A stretch of 64,000 nt of DNA from Schizochytrium sp. TIO01 (GCA_004764695.1 SMSO01000032.1:310001-374000); one strand, 5' to 3'. Counted from the stretch's first letter, positions 36,963 through 52,088 are shown. The notes: a model not told the origin generated them from the letters alone. Numbers and translations are program-made.

Positions 36963-39900
36963 GAATTTTAGTAATGTGACTACGCCAATACAATGAAAGA
37001 AAACAATTAATCCGAAAGAAGATGCTGGGAACTGCTTTCTTGTGCCGTCTTAGCCCCCCTCTACCCACTGCTATCTCGCTGACTCAAGAAGTTTACAAAC
37101 CTTCCAAGGCTTACAGACTCTCGCAAGCAAGTTTGCAAAATGTTTGCAAACAAACCCAAGTAAAGCTTTTCTTCTTCTCTTTCTTTCTATGTCTCTTTCT
37201 TTCTGCTACTTGCATGGCCGCTGATTCTCTATTTGGTTTTCCAAACATAGAAGAGTGCCGTACGAAGTGGGACCTCCCTTTCCATACTTTCCGGCTGGCT
37301 TCTTGTTCTTGTTCTCTTCGTTGCTGTCGTTCTTCTTCTTCTTCTTCTTCTAGTTCTAGTTCTTCCACGAGGTTCTCCTTTGCTTCGAAGGGAAGGAAGG
37401 CTCTTCTCGTACGCGGTCTCCGCCAGGTCCCGCGGTCGCTTGCCTCGCGTTTAGTGGGAAGCTTCTTCGACGCTGGACACCCTTTGGGGTAATAGATTCG
37501 TCGCAGACGGAAGTTTGCAAGCAGAGACTAGAACGAGAATGTGGAAATGTATGAGATGCTGGCATGCCAGAAGAGAGAGAGAAATTCGCGCAATGGACGA
37601 ATTCGAGGAGGAGATCAAACTTGGTCGGCCAAGGTACTACAAAGTCAGGTTGCTTCAAATGCCTCGCGAATTGCATTCTTTGTTATCGATTAATTAATTG
37701 ATTGATTTATCGGTTGGTTGCCTACCTGGGCGAGCCTAGATTGTTTTATACGCATGCGAAGCTGTGAAATCGTGAGTGAATTCAGGAACTGAGGAGCCGA
37801 GGAATGAATTGAGGAACTTGGGCGAAGGCCGATGAAAAGCACGTCGACGAAGGGGAAAGCGTAACGGAACACACCAAGAGGCGCTTCTGCGGGTAACGCA
37901 GTGACGGTGGCAAAAGGCGAAAGCCACGCGCAGCCCTTCAAGAAGCCAGGATCTTAATCGTCTGCAGATGGTTTCGCCTTTAGTGGTTTGGTTAACCTGG
38001 TTTCTTTCTTTCGTTTCGTTCCTCGCTGGCTGAGATGTGCATTGCAGGCGTTTTGTTTGGAGTCCGCGTTGTTCAAGTTATTTGTTGGATCCATGGCTTC
38101 AAGTATATGCCGCATCACGCGGCATTTCGACCTCCCACGCATGTGCTGATCTCGTTCGTTCTGAAGGAGATAAGCTCTGCCTGGCCTTGTTCTTTGAGGG
38201 TTCCTGCTCTTCGTCTCTGCCCTTTCGTGTGTTGCGCTGCTAAGATGTCCTCAAAGATCTTGTGCAACAGAGAGCCTTCGCGCAAGTGCCTCCTGCAGCT
38301 TCTACTACATCCGTCGGCATCTCATGCGCCGCTTACAGACAGCTGCTGCGGTTCGCGACTCTCCAGCGCGTTTGAGAAAGAAAGCATCGGTGCGACGCAG
38401 AAAAGGCGGCCCTCGCCAGCCAGCCAGCCCGAGGGTTGAGGCAGTAGTGCCTGCGCGACACCCTGGGTCAGGCGGAGGCTGGACTCAAGAGAGGTCTTTC
38501 CAGCCTCAGATCGTAGTCACTGAGCGCTCTCTCGTATTCTCGCCTTCCTCTCACAATTATTATCTCCTTTCTGTTACGTAGTACTGGTTGGTACCTGTAA
38601 TATACATATATAGACCAGTGCAATCAATCGGCCAATCGGCAATTAATTATAAACGTTTTGTGTAAATCAATCATCATTCTTCGGTTCTTCAGCTAAAAGT
38701 TAGTTGTTTAGAAGAGGAAGCGAAGTGCTTTATGAAAATACGAATGAGCGCAGAAAGAATTATAAAAACTGCGTGGGAGGTAGTGCTAGCTAGGCAGCGA
38801 GCTGTAGAGAGAGAGAGATATACTACTACGTAAAGGCAGTCAATGTAGGTAGGTGGGATTTATGCTTTTTTACAAAAGGAGGATGTCAGGTGGAAGCTCC
38901 GGGATTCTATCCTTTCTTTTATTATTTTGTAATCAGCAAGCGGCGATTTACAATTAGATATTCCCCGTTCCCTGAGGCGACAGGTGCCCAGAGCAGACCA
39001 TGCACGATGCAATGCATTAGGCGATCTTCGGTTTCACAATCTCCACGATACAAATCGCACTGGTTTTCCCAGGGCTCTTGTTCAGACAAAGGCCTACGGG
39101 TCGGGGCCAAAGCATCGGTGTAAGTGGAGATGATTAGGAGAGGTCGTGCTTTTCTTTTCTTTCAAAGAAGGCAAGACGAGAACAGAAACCTTGGACGCAG
39201 CCTGAAAGCGGAAAGAGCTACGTCCGGGATTTCATCGCGAGCTAGCTCAAAACGCCATCCTGTCACGACAGCAGCCTGTGAGTAAGTGGTGGTTTCAATT
39301 AGAGCAATAGTAACACGAGCTTGCAAGTACAACATAGAAACCGCCGCCGCAATTTACAGATCACCAAATCACTCCTCCTGCCTGGTGAACCAGGTATCTT
39401 GAACCCTCAACTCAATACCGACTCCGTAACCTAGCAGACTCTGTAGTTTTCTATTACTTTTACTCTGTTCGTCACGCTAAGCTGACAGGATTGCTCCGAA
39501 TGCTCATTGACAACAATTAAACCTTCACCACAAGTGCATTTGCCTGCTTGCTTGGCATGTGTTTCAGGATGGGAGTTGCTGTAAAATGTTGATCGCTGGG
39601 GCTAAGAAAACCCGCATCGGAAGCAGCATCGACTGCCTTATGCACATACATAGGCTAGCTGAGCAGCTGAGCAGCTGATGAGCTCGTGCTCTGCTTCTTT
39701 CGTGAATATACTTACTTTCGCAGTCGACAGGCTCGATTGAGGGCCAGATCGTAATGCCAGACTGCAAGGTAACCCAGGGACTGCAGCGGGTGCGGAGATT
39801 GACGACCCAACAGGCATCGCGACTTCTTCGGCCTTACAGGGGTTGACTCAGTCATTTGGCAACAACATCATCGATGATCGATTAGTTGACTAACTGAGTG

Positions 39901-41416
39901 ACTAACTGAGTGAGTGAATGAGTGGGTGGGTGGTAAATTGACTGTTGCCCTATGTATCGGATGCGATGCGATGGGAGGGGAAGTGCCAAAGCTTTCAAGA
40001 TCGAGTGGTGTGTGTCATCTTTGTTATGGCACTGAAGTTTGGCTCTGCACGGGTGAATAATTTAACGCCAGCATTTGCTGTACCTCACGCACTGCCGTCT
40101 TTCTCTAAGTTTCTTGAGGAGGGCATCTTTCCTGCTTAATGCAATATTTGTAGAAGAAGAGAGTTGATTTGAAAGGTTTGCTTTTCCTTCTTTTTAGCCT
40201 TTCATTGTCACGTACCTGAAAAGACAGATAAGGCGCTTGTTGACATCGTAGGCATGGAAATGGGACCTTGAAGAGATAAATGGCGGTCGGAAGTTTGGAG
40301 CACTCGCTTCGCCACCTTCTTCTCCCTTGTTGTCTTTACATGTTCTATGCTCAGGCCAAGGTCGCGCTTTCCGGCAAAGTCTTCGAAATTAATTGGTTTC
40401 TTTTAATGTATGGTTCGTACCTGTAACAGTGATATGATTTTCTTTTATTTACGTTTCTTATAGGCCTATCTGATACAAGTAGTATAAAACTTACTTTGAA
40501 TGATTTTGGAAAGATTTTTTATTTTTATTTTTTATTTTTTAAATTAAAAAAGCTATGTTTAACAGCTGCAAGTAGAGGCAAGTACCTCCGGTTCTTTCTC
40601 AATCTTCTCCAAATTGGGCATGCATAATTAGCACTGCCTGTGTGATACAGATGATACAACGTGCACGTCACTCCGAGGAGTCGCAAACAAAGCCCCCTGC
40701 AAAGTTATTCTTTCAACGTCCATGCATGCCAGCGATCTTTGCAGTGTGTGTCCTCACCAAGTGTCTAACCAAGTGACCTCAAACACACTCATAAAGCAGA
40801 GAGCTATACTTACTTACTTACATTCTTTGCAGAGACGAAGAAGAAGCAGAATAAGAAGGAGGAGAAGAAGTGCTTTGAAAGCTGTTTGGCAATCCGTGTC
40901 TGTCTGTTTAGTGACAACCAGAGGCGGCAGCGTTTTTTTGGGCTCTTTTTGAACTGATCTCGATTTGTGATTCGCCAGCTTCGGATTTCCGAGTCTCCTG
41001 TGCGTGAGAGGGAGTGAGAGCTCTGCTTCTACACACGGTCACTAAAGAACAAGAACAAAAGAAGAGAAGAAGTCCTCAGAAAGAGCCATGATGGGGACAG
41101 CCTGAGCCAGGCACGAGAACTGGAAAACGTGCACTCCTCGAAGGACGCTTGCTACCTCGTGGCCCACCTACGCTTGATGGAGAGAGAGGCTGGATGAAGC
41201 AGGGCACAGCACAGGAGAGCGAGGATATTATTAAACACAACTGGAACCAAGATGATAGATTGGAGCTCCTATGGGTACCTAATGGCCCAAACAGTGTTTA
41301 TCTCCAAGAGGAAGAATCATCGCAGGCACGGCTGCTTTTTGTGTCGGCCAATCGTTGGAAACTTCATGACATATACATTAACAGAGATGAAGACTTTCCA
41401 TGCTCGTGTAAACATG

Positions 41417-41492
41417 TTCATTCATTCATTCATTCATTCATTCATGCATTCATTCATTCATTCATTCATTCATTCATTCATATGCATTCATT
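41417..41492. repeat. (ATTC)n microsatellite
   Basis: Read directly. Confidence 0.93.
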
Positions 41493-41661
41493 CCATCGCT
41501 AGGAGAATCGATGTGTATGATCCACCAAGGTTTATCCATTCCTTTAGGCCGTGGGTCATTGCAGATATGAATGCTTTCCGTCTAGAGCCACATTTGTAGC
41601 CACTGGTGTCTTCCGCTGGCCTGCAAAGCCTCTGGGCTTGCTGGCTGGCTTGGCGATCATC

Positions 41662-41790
41662 GAATGATTGATTGATTGGATGGTTGGTTGATTTATTTAT
41701 TTATTGCTAGAACTGACTGACTGACTGACTGAATGAATGAATGAATGAATGACTGCCTAAGTGACTAACTGAGTGCCTGAGTGCCTGACT
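41662..41790. repeat. compound tetranucleotide tract (GATT/GGTT/TATT/GACT/GAAT/GAGT/GCCT)
   Basis: Read directly. Confidence 0.88.
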
Positions 41791-41890
41791 CGCCGCTTCC
41801 CAGGACCTGCCCTCGCGCCAGTCGTAGGAACAGCAGTTATGCATTCATGAATTAATTTAATGGATAACCTGGCGATTTCAAGGCTGTCCA

Positions 41891-42024
41891 TCAGCCAGTC
41901 AGTCAGTCAGTCAGTCAGTCAGTCTGTCTGTCTGTCAGTCAGTCGGTGAGTCAGTCAGACAGTCAGGCTCCCAGCCAGTCAGCCATTCGAGCAGGCAGGC
42001 AAGCAGGCAGGCAAGCCAGCAGCC
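41891..42024. repeat. compound tetranucleotide tract (AGTC/TGTC/AGCC/AGGC)
   Basis: Read directly. Confidence 0.88.
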
Positions 42025-43295
42025 AACGATCGCAAATGATATCAGCTAGTCGCGCAAGAAGCCTCGAGCATGACTCGTCGCGACTGGCTAGAGTCAGGCT
42101 GGCAGAAGACGAGCTTGTCTTGTCGAGATTGAAGACCTATCGAGATTGTGAAATGAGCTCGAGTACTCGTTCGCCTCCGCTGGCGTTACGAAGTGAAAGT
42201 AAACGAATGAAGGCATACCTAAGTACAAAGAACAGCACTCGTTCATTCATTCTGATCAATTCATTCCTTCGTTCATTCATTCCCACGTTTCACAATCGCA
42301 GATGAGCGACCGTGAATTTTTGATGATCATCGAAGCGAGGAACATTTCAAAAGGAAAGAATAGTGTCATTTCCGTTGACGGCCTCTTCGACGGCAAAATG
42401 AACTCGAAACGGAGAAGTAGTAGCAGCGGTTGTTGCTGTCTTGAGTCGAATTCAGGAGCAAGTGCTCCAAATTCGCTCACGATGCCAACCCTGTACCACT
42501 TCTAGACGAGGTACACTTTCCCTGAGCATGCATCCTGCCTTGTTCCTGGGTGGGTTTGTTTTCAGTCCCACTCTGTCGAGTTGAAACGAATTGCTTGCTC
42601 ACACCAAAGAAACAAACCTCACGAAACCATACAATTGGCAGAGGTGAGCTGTAGGTACCTAAGGTACCTGGTTGAATGAGTTTGAGTTACCATAGTTGGG
42701 TGGGTACCCTTTGCTCAAATGCAGTCAGATACTGTTGCGGAGTCCATTCAGCGGGGCTGAGTTAGCGATAGAAACGATCTTGATCGACAGCATGATCAAT
42801 CGGTTCTTAGTTTCATTTTACATTTGTATTTTATTTTTAAACAAAATAATTAAATAACTAAAAAGAAAACATGTTACCCTTCTACTTTCTTACCTTTGAA
42901 TTTCTTGCACACAGAGATTTTTCACGCATTGATCTATTTCAGCCCATTCACTCCTTCTCAAGGACGATAGAGAGCTCTTACATTGGCTAGGTGTTACTAG
43001 GTATATGATGTCGTGATTGCTTTGCTGAGTTGCTCTTTTCTGTTGCAATTTATTTCTATTTCATTTTTATTAGATGAAGAGATCGATGCCCTCAGTATTC
43101 CTCTGTTATTCTAGCTAGTAGAGTTTGCATGGGTCGGAGCTCCGAGCAGGCTGCCACGCTTTCTTTCTCTTCTTTTTCCTTCTTTCACTCGGTTGAAGCT
43201 TCTTACTATAAAATAAAATATTTCTTCATCTTAAATCTAGGCCTATATGCGAAATTACAACTTTCTTTAATGTTAAACATTAAACATTATTTAGA

Positions 43296-43296
<1 letters not shown>

Positions 43297-43326
<30 letters not shown>
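43297..43326. repeat. (AAT)10 microsatellite
   Basis: Read directly. Confidence 0.93.
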
Positions 43327-43327
<1 letters not shown>

Positions 43328-43538
43328 TATTATTATTATAGTTTATTATTAAAATAGCTTATCCCACTAGTTTTACATTATACTTTAATCAAAACATTCT
43401 TAACACAAAAATACTAAAATACCTTTCGATTCGGGAGAGTGGTTGTGGGTACTTAGATTAAAATCATTCGACGATCAGCCCTTTTCTTTAAAACTTTTAA
43501 GACTTAATTCAAGGCAACCGACCAACGAAGAAGAACGA

Positions 43539-43584
43539 GAAACAACAGAAACAACAGAAACAACAGAAACAACAGAAACAACAG
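43539..43584. repeat. 9-bp tandem repeat GAAACAACA x5
   Basis: Five perfect copies. Confidence 0.95.
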
Positions 43585-46500
43585 CCTAGAGAACAGAGCG
43601 ACCCAGATTTCAACGATGCTTCCCTATCCCCAAATGCAATCATCGCCAAATAAGCAAACACCCGTCGTCCTCTGGCAACCCACCCTCTCAGCTTTCACCA
43701 AAACCTCTCGAATATAGGTGACGTATGTCTCTGTAAGTCTGTCAGTCTGTCTCTCACAGTCTGAGCGAGTGCCACTTTCTTCTTCATTCTTAGTATGTAT
43801 GTATCTGACGACCTTCTCTTCTTCCATAGAACGTGAATGAGAGGAAGAAGGCGAGGACTCAGGGCAGAAGTCCCTACAGCGGCCTAGGAGTTCCGCTATG
43901 CCTTATGGTAGTGAGGAGGTAGCCTGAGCTAGTCGCCGCAATGCGAGGCTGGAGAGGCGGCGCGTGGCCGATGTCGGCGAATACGCCATAAGTTTACATT
44001 CCTTGGCAGCTCAGCTACCCAGTTCTGGGGAGGCAAACCAAGGTGCAACCCTCGGCCTTGTCTTGCATTGTGAAGACCAGCCTTGAAGGAGCCACGGTAC
44101 CGCTTTTTGCACAGCAGGCTGGCTTCGTAATGCCTGGTTTGCTGGTGCACTTGTGCGCTAGTTTATGACCATTTCATTCACCTCCTTGATGGCGAATTGA
44201 GTTAGACTGACTGACTGATGCATGCATTGATGTGTTCTTTAAAGCAGGCGCCAGCGACTCCGTGAACTTGGATATCTAGAAGTTGTTTAGCTAGAAGCGA
44301 GACACCTATTTTAGAGAGGGAAGCAGGTTTAAGTTGCCTGGATTGGAGGATGTTTCGGTGCGAGGGTGCGCTTTCGATCGGGTTGATCTCTTTCCTTCTA
44401 CTCAATTAGGTTAACAAAGAGTGGATCCGTCTGCTCGATCGTATGTATCACCGTCGTGACACTTTGATGTCTTGGCGATGGCTGGTTCTATGCTGTGTTT
44501 GACCTTGCATTTATGGCGTAGTGCAAGCCAATAAGCTTGAACGAAGACTACGGTTCCCCTCTCGACTCGATGCAGTAGTCGAAATAAATTGAAGTACATT
44601 TCAGGCTCGCTCGAGAGGGTTTCATAAGCCCAACAAGCAAGCAAGCAAGCGAAGCTTTCTTCCTTCAGTTCCCTGTATTTTAATCATTGCCTGCCTATCA
44701 AGAAATGCAAATAGAAACCATCCGATTTTAATTCGTTTCTATCAATCATAAGGAGACCCCCACAGAGGATAAATGCCAAATGATTTGGGTAGGTAGGTTC
44801 CTAGGATCTAGGCAGCTGTTGACAACAGAGAAGAATGTTTTTCATGGAGACGAAAGAGAAACAATGAAGAGTCCACGCTTCCTTTCCTCCCACTTTTATC
44901 GCTGCCAAAGTCATTCAAAAGGGTTTCTCCAGAAAGCTAAGGTCCTCACCTGATCGTAAGTACTACCTACTTCGCGGCAGCAACATGTTTACAAACCAAC
45001 TGTCCGCTGAATTTTAGAAATTACCCTCACCCGGTTATTTAATGGAATAATACGAATAGCGTGTATATTTAGTGGGTCTAGGCTGCTATTCTCACCATGT
45101 TTCTCTTTCTCGGCTTATTTCGCAAACCCGGCGTTGGTTTTGGTTGGAAACGACAGCACAACTCTCTTCAAATGGTAGCTAGTGTACCTATTCTGTTTCA
45201 ATCTGACATCTTTATAATCTCACAAAAGCACAATCATCTGTTCACGTCTTTATCGTAGTCTAGCAGGGGCTGAACGTGACGTCCTTTTCTTTTATGAAAT
45301 GCGTGTGTTTTCTAATCTAGTATTTATGTTGCAAACGTACAGTGGGAGGGTGTTCTCTCGCGGAGTGCAAATTGTCGTATACATTTGAATGCAGCAGACA
45401 AGACATTGGGATCGCATTGACGGCCCAACCATACAAATGTCGACCCTTGAACCTTTCAAAGGTTGAACCTGGAAATTACTATAGAATGTGACCGCAAGAT
45501 GTTTCAACTCTTCGCAGATGTACATACCTATCTAGCACTGGTTCATTCATTGCCCAGCATGCTATTCGCTCCCCATGACCTTCCTGCCCTTAGCCAATAT
45601 TTAATCAAGCTTAAAGCTCTAAAACTATTAGAACTCCAAAACCCTCGCAAAGATCGAACAAGCAACTATCTGAAGTGCCCCCTCGTTAAATTGAACCCGT
45701 TAAATTCATTTGCAACATAATTCGTCACTTGGGACACTTGTTGTCGTCCTCGTCCGATCCATTTATAGCGCCTGCACTAACATAGCGCAGGAATCGAAGC
45801 AAACCAAACTAAAGCAGTTCAGGTCTTATCAGGTTTTCCCATTCTAACCAAATCTTAATAAAGCAAGCCACACATTAGACTAATTGAAATCAAATCAATC
45901 GAAATCAAACAACATTTGCCATTTTTTGCCGAGAGAGTACGCTCCTGATGACCCATGTCTTCATCTCTCTCTGTCAATCGATATTCTGAGAAGACTCATT
46001 GCACGAGCCGTCCCCATTTTTGGATAATGCCATGCAGTGCAATGCAATACAGTGCAATGCGGTGCAAAGCAATCAGTGCAATGACCGCACTGCTCGCTCG
46101 TTGGTCTAGCTAACCAGGTGCGTTGAAATGGTCATAGAGATCGACTGCGAGCGTGAGTCTACGCGACTTGCTCGCTCGCATGAAAGAATACAAAAGCCTT
46201 GCGCACGCCCGAAAGCTGCAGTGCATGACAACGCCCACCAGTGCGATACGTGCAAATGGGCTCATGCATGCACTGCTAGACACCTGCTATAGTGTATCTA
46301 TATATAGAGAGAGAGATAACAAGTCTGTTATAGTTATTTATTTATTTATTTATTTGTAACTCAATGTTTTAGTTGTCTACTTCTAAACTTACCTCTATTT
46401 CTCTTTTTCCTTTTGACTTTGAAGAATGTTGTATTTCCTCTTACTTAAAACCTCTTTCTTCTTCTTTTTCTCTCATATATAAAGCTATATATGAGTCACT

Positions 46501-49500
46501 GTGCCCGTGCGGGACCTCATGTATTTCTTTCTTTCTGTTTCCGTTTTCCTTTAAAAACAAAGAAAAAGGAAGAGATAAAATAAAATACTAGTATAAATAT
46601 CTCAAGTGATTCAGATTTGTAATGTATGTTTATATTATTTAAAAAAAATATTATCTCTTTGTTACTCTTGCGCCCTCACACAACAACAGAGAGGTTATTC
46701 CTTTAATCCTTTGAATGTAAAAAGTTTCAGGGTGGATTGAATCTCATTGTGATCGATGCTCCCTGAGTTTAGAAGGTTATTGCCTCGAGTGAGAAGTGCC
46801 ATGGAAACCAGGTATAAAGTATACTTGTGGGGTTTCTTTCATTCTTCAGACTCGCTTTCGCGGCAAAGGTATGAAGGAAAGCAATTCTGAAGAAACCTCA
46901 TTTGGGTTTTTTGCTTTCTGGTCTCCCTAGGAGGTGAAACTGTTGTCAATTAAAATGCAGGGCTCTCGACAAATGGCATTCGTCTATCCATCCAATTAAT
47001 TTCAAGTGTAGGCAGGTACCAGTTTTGTTTCTGCACAGATACAAATGCCATCAGGAAAGTGAGCGACAACATAGAGGAGGGTTTCGCTTTAAATTCTGCA
47101 GGTACCAATATATTGTATTTGAGTGGCGGCTGTTTCTCTTCGTTGTCTCCTTAAGGCTTGATTTATTTAACCCTTCTCTGGACTTGCCCAGGCGCTCGAC
47201 CACGATGTCCATAGAGTGGTTGGTAGAAAAGAAGAGAAACAACAAGAAGAAGACGGAGTCTCTTGCAGTGGAATGAAGCAGGCACTGCACAGAGCAAAAG
47301 GTTTACAATCTTTCTACTTCGAGTCTTTCTTGTTATTCACTAGCTAGAAACACCTCTTTATAATTAAGTCTATACACAGCAAGTTCAGTTGAACTGAAAA
47401 TGATAAAGAAACTCAGCAAGCTATTTTAAAGTAATCAATAGTTTATTTATTTTATTTTATTTTTACTGTCTTTCCATCCAATGTGCATTTCTTGCAATAG
47501 TTCCTGTGTGTTATATGCCCATTAATAGCATGAATAATAAGAGCCCTTTTCTTGGTCACTTTTTTCCCTTTCGAAGCTACGAAGTGATACCGCCCAAATG
47601 AAAAGGTCATCATATCAGTAGGCAGGCAGGCACTAGCAGTAGCTTCCATCCTGTCTTTTACCCACAGCATCTCACTTACCCCCTCTCTTCCTTCCTTTTC
47701 ATTCATCACATGTGATGGTTACATAGATGCCAAGAGAATGATGACCTGCGATAGATAGTGTATGTTATGTTCTGTTATGTTATGATTCGGTAGGGAAGAG
47801 CAATAGAGTCAGAGAAGCGGAAAGACTGGAACAATAGCTCCTGCTCCGACGTCGAGAAAGCGTCGGTACGAGGTACCTGCGAGAGTTATGCACAGCAAAT
47901 CCAAGCCTTCGGCTGCCAGAGCCGCATCCGATGCAAGCTTTCAGCGCCGACCTCCCCTCGCAACGTGCATGCAGGAGCTTGGCTTTCTAGTTGGAGGAAT
48001 GGTGAAGATTTTTTAAGATTTGCGCTGGCAAACTAATTGACGATACCAGTACCAGAGGTACCAGATAGCAATTTGTTGCTGGTGATGAGCATAATGAGAT
48101 CCTCATCTGCAAAAACCTTCGAAAGAGAGTGGGGCGGCATGTGAACCATCGAACAACTACTAGCAAGCATCGATTTGCTTCGTGTGACACAAGTTTTCCA
48201 TCCCGAAGGGATGCAAATGCTTTGGTATGTAATCTGAAACTTTACGCTGTAGCATACTCTTTGAGTTTATTGTACAGTGTGTCATGAAGATAAATGCAGG
48301 AGATGATCGATGTTGACGTTCATTACGTATCAAGAGCGAGGGCAAGACCGGTAACTAGCGACATGGCCCCCGACTAGCTGGTTGACTTATTGCATGTATT
48401 CCAGATGAAGCCCAGATTGAAAACTACGTTCAACGTTTCTTTCCGAATGAAAAAATCCATAAAAAGTCATGGCAACATCAAAAATTCTCTAAGAGCGACC
48501 TCGGACTGTAATTTACTACAAAACTTATTTGATTAATTGAAGAGAAACTTTGTAGAAACCTTGCCGTGCGTTGAAAAGTGATTCTAAATCTCTGGCCAGA
48601 AGCCTGGAAGTGTCTTTTCTGGATGCATTCGTGCTGCGCTCTGATTTCGATAAGCGGTTTCTCCCTTTCAGAAGCTCTTGATCGAAACTGTCGCACTTTG
48701 TTTTGAAAAGCTTTTTAGTCGCACCTTCGAGTCTCCTTCCCTTCTACCATCCAGGAGAAAACTCCAGTCAAGCACCAACAGACAGTCATAGCAACGAATA
48801 AATTGTCAGTCGGAGGCGCTTTCAACAACCCTCAATGATAGCGCATGAGGACGTTTTTTCTTTTCTTCTTAAACAGCTATTATAATTACTGATGAGGATA
48901 TGTACTGGCAGAATCACATGCAAAATCTTTGCAGTGTGAGAGGCCTGGAATCAGTATCAACTGGTCTTGGAGATCTTCATGAAGAGCTGCTTTGAAGCAA
49001 CAGCTTCAGAGGGAAGCACGTATATATGTTTGACGAGACGACAAGAAAATGGACGCTTCCAATAGAAGCACGACTCGCTGACTCGAATTAGATGAACGAA
49101 ATTGCAAATCTTTTACCGATCTCCTCTTTGTGTGGATGTGGTAAATAAATAAGGAGATCACTTCTGAATATTTGTACTATTTTATTTTCAAATTTGAGGA
49201 TTGATTGGTTGAGATGTTATCCGATCCCGCCAACAGAAAGAGTCTCCTGAGGAAACGAATAATTGTGCTGATGTATGCAATAAAATGGTGAAGAGCGATG
49301 GCATTTTCATAACTATAAATGTCAGGCAGCTGAGCATTGTTCACGGACAATTAAAAGCATTGCAATGTAGAGAGCTTGCCCTTTTAAATGTGCTGACACT
49401 TCTGTGAAACATGATTATGTATGAAAATTTACTACAACACCTCAACTGGAGTTTGCGATATATTATATAATTATATGTATTTATTTAGTGAATTACATTT

Positions 49501-50216
49501 TTAAAAATAATAATAATAAAACTATTCTCAAAAGTAGTAGGTACTAATAAGACTCGATTGTTGGAAGGCAAACAAGTTTTCTGTAAACTTTAAATTTTCA
49601 AAAGCAAACTACAAAAATAGAAGAATAATCGAGGAAGGAGGAAAGAACTTTAAACCTTAAAACAACAGCATAGAAATTGGAAGAAGGGAAAACAAAGAAG
49701 AATCGCAGAATCGACCTTTTCATTTACTTTTAGACCAATCGATACATCACATCATAAAAGAACCGCAACAGCAGCAACAACAACAATATGTATCTAGCTA
49801 GAGTCTGCACGATCCGATTCTTGCCATGAGCCACGCGGCTCGCCACGCACCGCTGTCGCAGAGCACAGCAAGAAGCACGAGGGGCACTCCCCCGCCTCTG
49901 CTCTGAGCGCAGCTGCAGCCCAACTACTAGCTCGAAGCGTTGTTTCTTCCGTGGTTTTGCCAGTCCTTCACTTCACTGTTTCATTCAATGAGTCGCTTGC
50001 TCTGCTCCCAACGCTCAGAGGGAGCAAGCAAGAGACAGAGTGAGCGATAAAGTTGACAAGTACGCCAGGAGCACAAGCGGGCACCAGGGCGCGTCTGGCG
50101 ACAAACAAGCGAGTCCAAGTCAAGACGGCAAGCAACCCGCGTGGTCCTTGGCAAAGAAAGGGCTTGCGCGCTTCAGTTGCTGTCAGCACTCTTCTTCTTT
50201 CTATCTATCCTTTTCT

Positions 50217-50217
<1 letters not shown>

Positions 50218-50294
<77 letters not shown>
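50218..50294. repeat. (CTTT)n microsatellite, ~19 units
   Basis: Read directly. Confidence 0.97.
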
Positions 50295-50297
<3 letters not shown>

Positions 50298-50518
50298 TTT
50301 TCCCGCTAATAATAATGCAGTAATAATGCAGTAATAAATAAGTAATAAATAAGCAATTAGTAAGTAAACAATAAACTCAGCACCCATAACAGATCTAAGG
50401 AATCAATCATACACATATCTCATCATTTACCCACCTCTGTAAAGATCAGAGCAAAGGAGGGCAAAAAAGAAAGAACGAAAGACCGACAGACAGACAGTAG
50501 ACAGAGTCAGAGACAGAA

Positions 50519-50550
<32 letters not shown>

Positions 50551-51583
50551 CAAAACTAGGGATGTAGGGATGTATAGGACGTACGTACCTAACAAGGGCA
50601 AGAAGAATGCAGAAAGTAAAAAAAAAAAAAAAAAAAAACATTCAACCTGCCTGAAAAGGAAAAGAGGGAGAGAGTTCTGTTCCTGTTTCTGCACTGCTTT
50701 CAAAGTTATTTCACTTTTCTTTCTTTCTTTCTTTTCTTTTTCTTTTCTTTTTCTTTTCTTTTTCGGTCTCCCTTGAGAGCTGGAGCCAAGCGCCCCGCAC
50801 CAAGCGAACCGGCGCAGGAAAGAAGACCAGGAAGCAGCAGCTTTGCTTGCTTGCTTGCTTGTGCTTGTTGCCACTTCGACTGAGTGGCGCATGAAAGAAG
50901 AAGGAAAACTGGTCTAGGAGAAATTAAAAAAGGGACGCCCAGACCGGAGAGGAGGCTTCCAGGGCTCAGCGGTTTCTTCTTTGTTTGTGCGTTTACTTTA
51001 CAATCGACCCCAAAAGAAAGAAGAATGAGAGTACACGCGCGAAGATAGCAATATGCAGAAAGAATGTTTCTTTCTTTTCTTCCTTCCTCGACATGTATTG
51101 AGAACATTTTCATGTTTTTTCAATTTAAAAGCTCTTTCTATGTTCTTTTAAACGCACCCCGGGTCTGGTATTTGCGCCCCTTCTGCTTCTGCTTCTGCTT
51201 CAGCTTCTGCCGGTTCGCACTTTTTTTAAGATAGTTTTTATAATAACATAAGTGCTTATTTTAAGATTGTTTTTTAATCCTCTGCTTTTGCTGCTTCTTC
51301 ACTTTTCCTCTTCGTCTTTCGAAGAGACTATTAAAAAAATTGTTATTCACTACTTATCCTTTCATTCTTTCGCAAGTGTGGACCTGCTTGCCTTTCTCCA
51401 TTCTCTATCCTCTATTGTGCCTTCGCAGAGTCTGACCGGAGCAGAGGCGGGCAGTGGCGTTGCTCTCGCCGGATGAATTCTGCGTCAACGAAGAGACAAC
51501 GAAGGCATACATACCCCTCGAGGGCGGGCTGGTCGGCCCTTCAGGCAAAGGCTTGCTTTTCCATCGACGATGCCATCCATATT

Positions 51584-51624
51584 CTTTTCTTTTCTTTTCT
51601 TTTCTTTTCTTTTCTTTTCTTTTC
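51584..51624. repeat. (CTTTT)n pentanucleotide repeat
   Basis: About 8 units. Confidence 0.92.
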
Positions 51625-51760
51625 TGCTCCGTTTCCCATTTGGCAGTTTCTGCAGATCTGTTCTTGCGAAGAGTAAAAAGAAGGCATCAAACAGACCCAC
51701 AGAGAGGCAGATAAAACATTTTTCAACTGCAAAATCATCTGTGTATCTATCTATCACTTG

Positions 51761-51835
51761 TTCACTTCACTTCTTCACTTCACTTCACTTCACTTCACTT
51801 CACTTCACTTCACTTCACTTCAATTCACCTCACTT
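51761..51835. repeat. (CACTT)n pentanucleotide repeat
   Basis: About 12-14 units, degenerate at the ends. Confidence 0.94.
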
Positions 51836-52048
51836 TCGTGGAGAGAGAGCAAGCGAGGCGGAGCAAAGGCAAAGAAAGCCCGTCGAAAGGAACGAGTTTT
51901 TAGCCAAACGGAATGAGCGTGCGAAAGAAAAGAATGGGAAAGAAGATGAGTGAATGAAACATGAGAGGGGAAAATAAATAAGTTCGAAAGGTCTCCTTTC
52001 TCTTTGTTTTCCTCTGTTTGAACGCGAGAAAAGATTTCTCTCTTTCTC

Positions 52049-52088
<40 letters not shown>

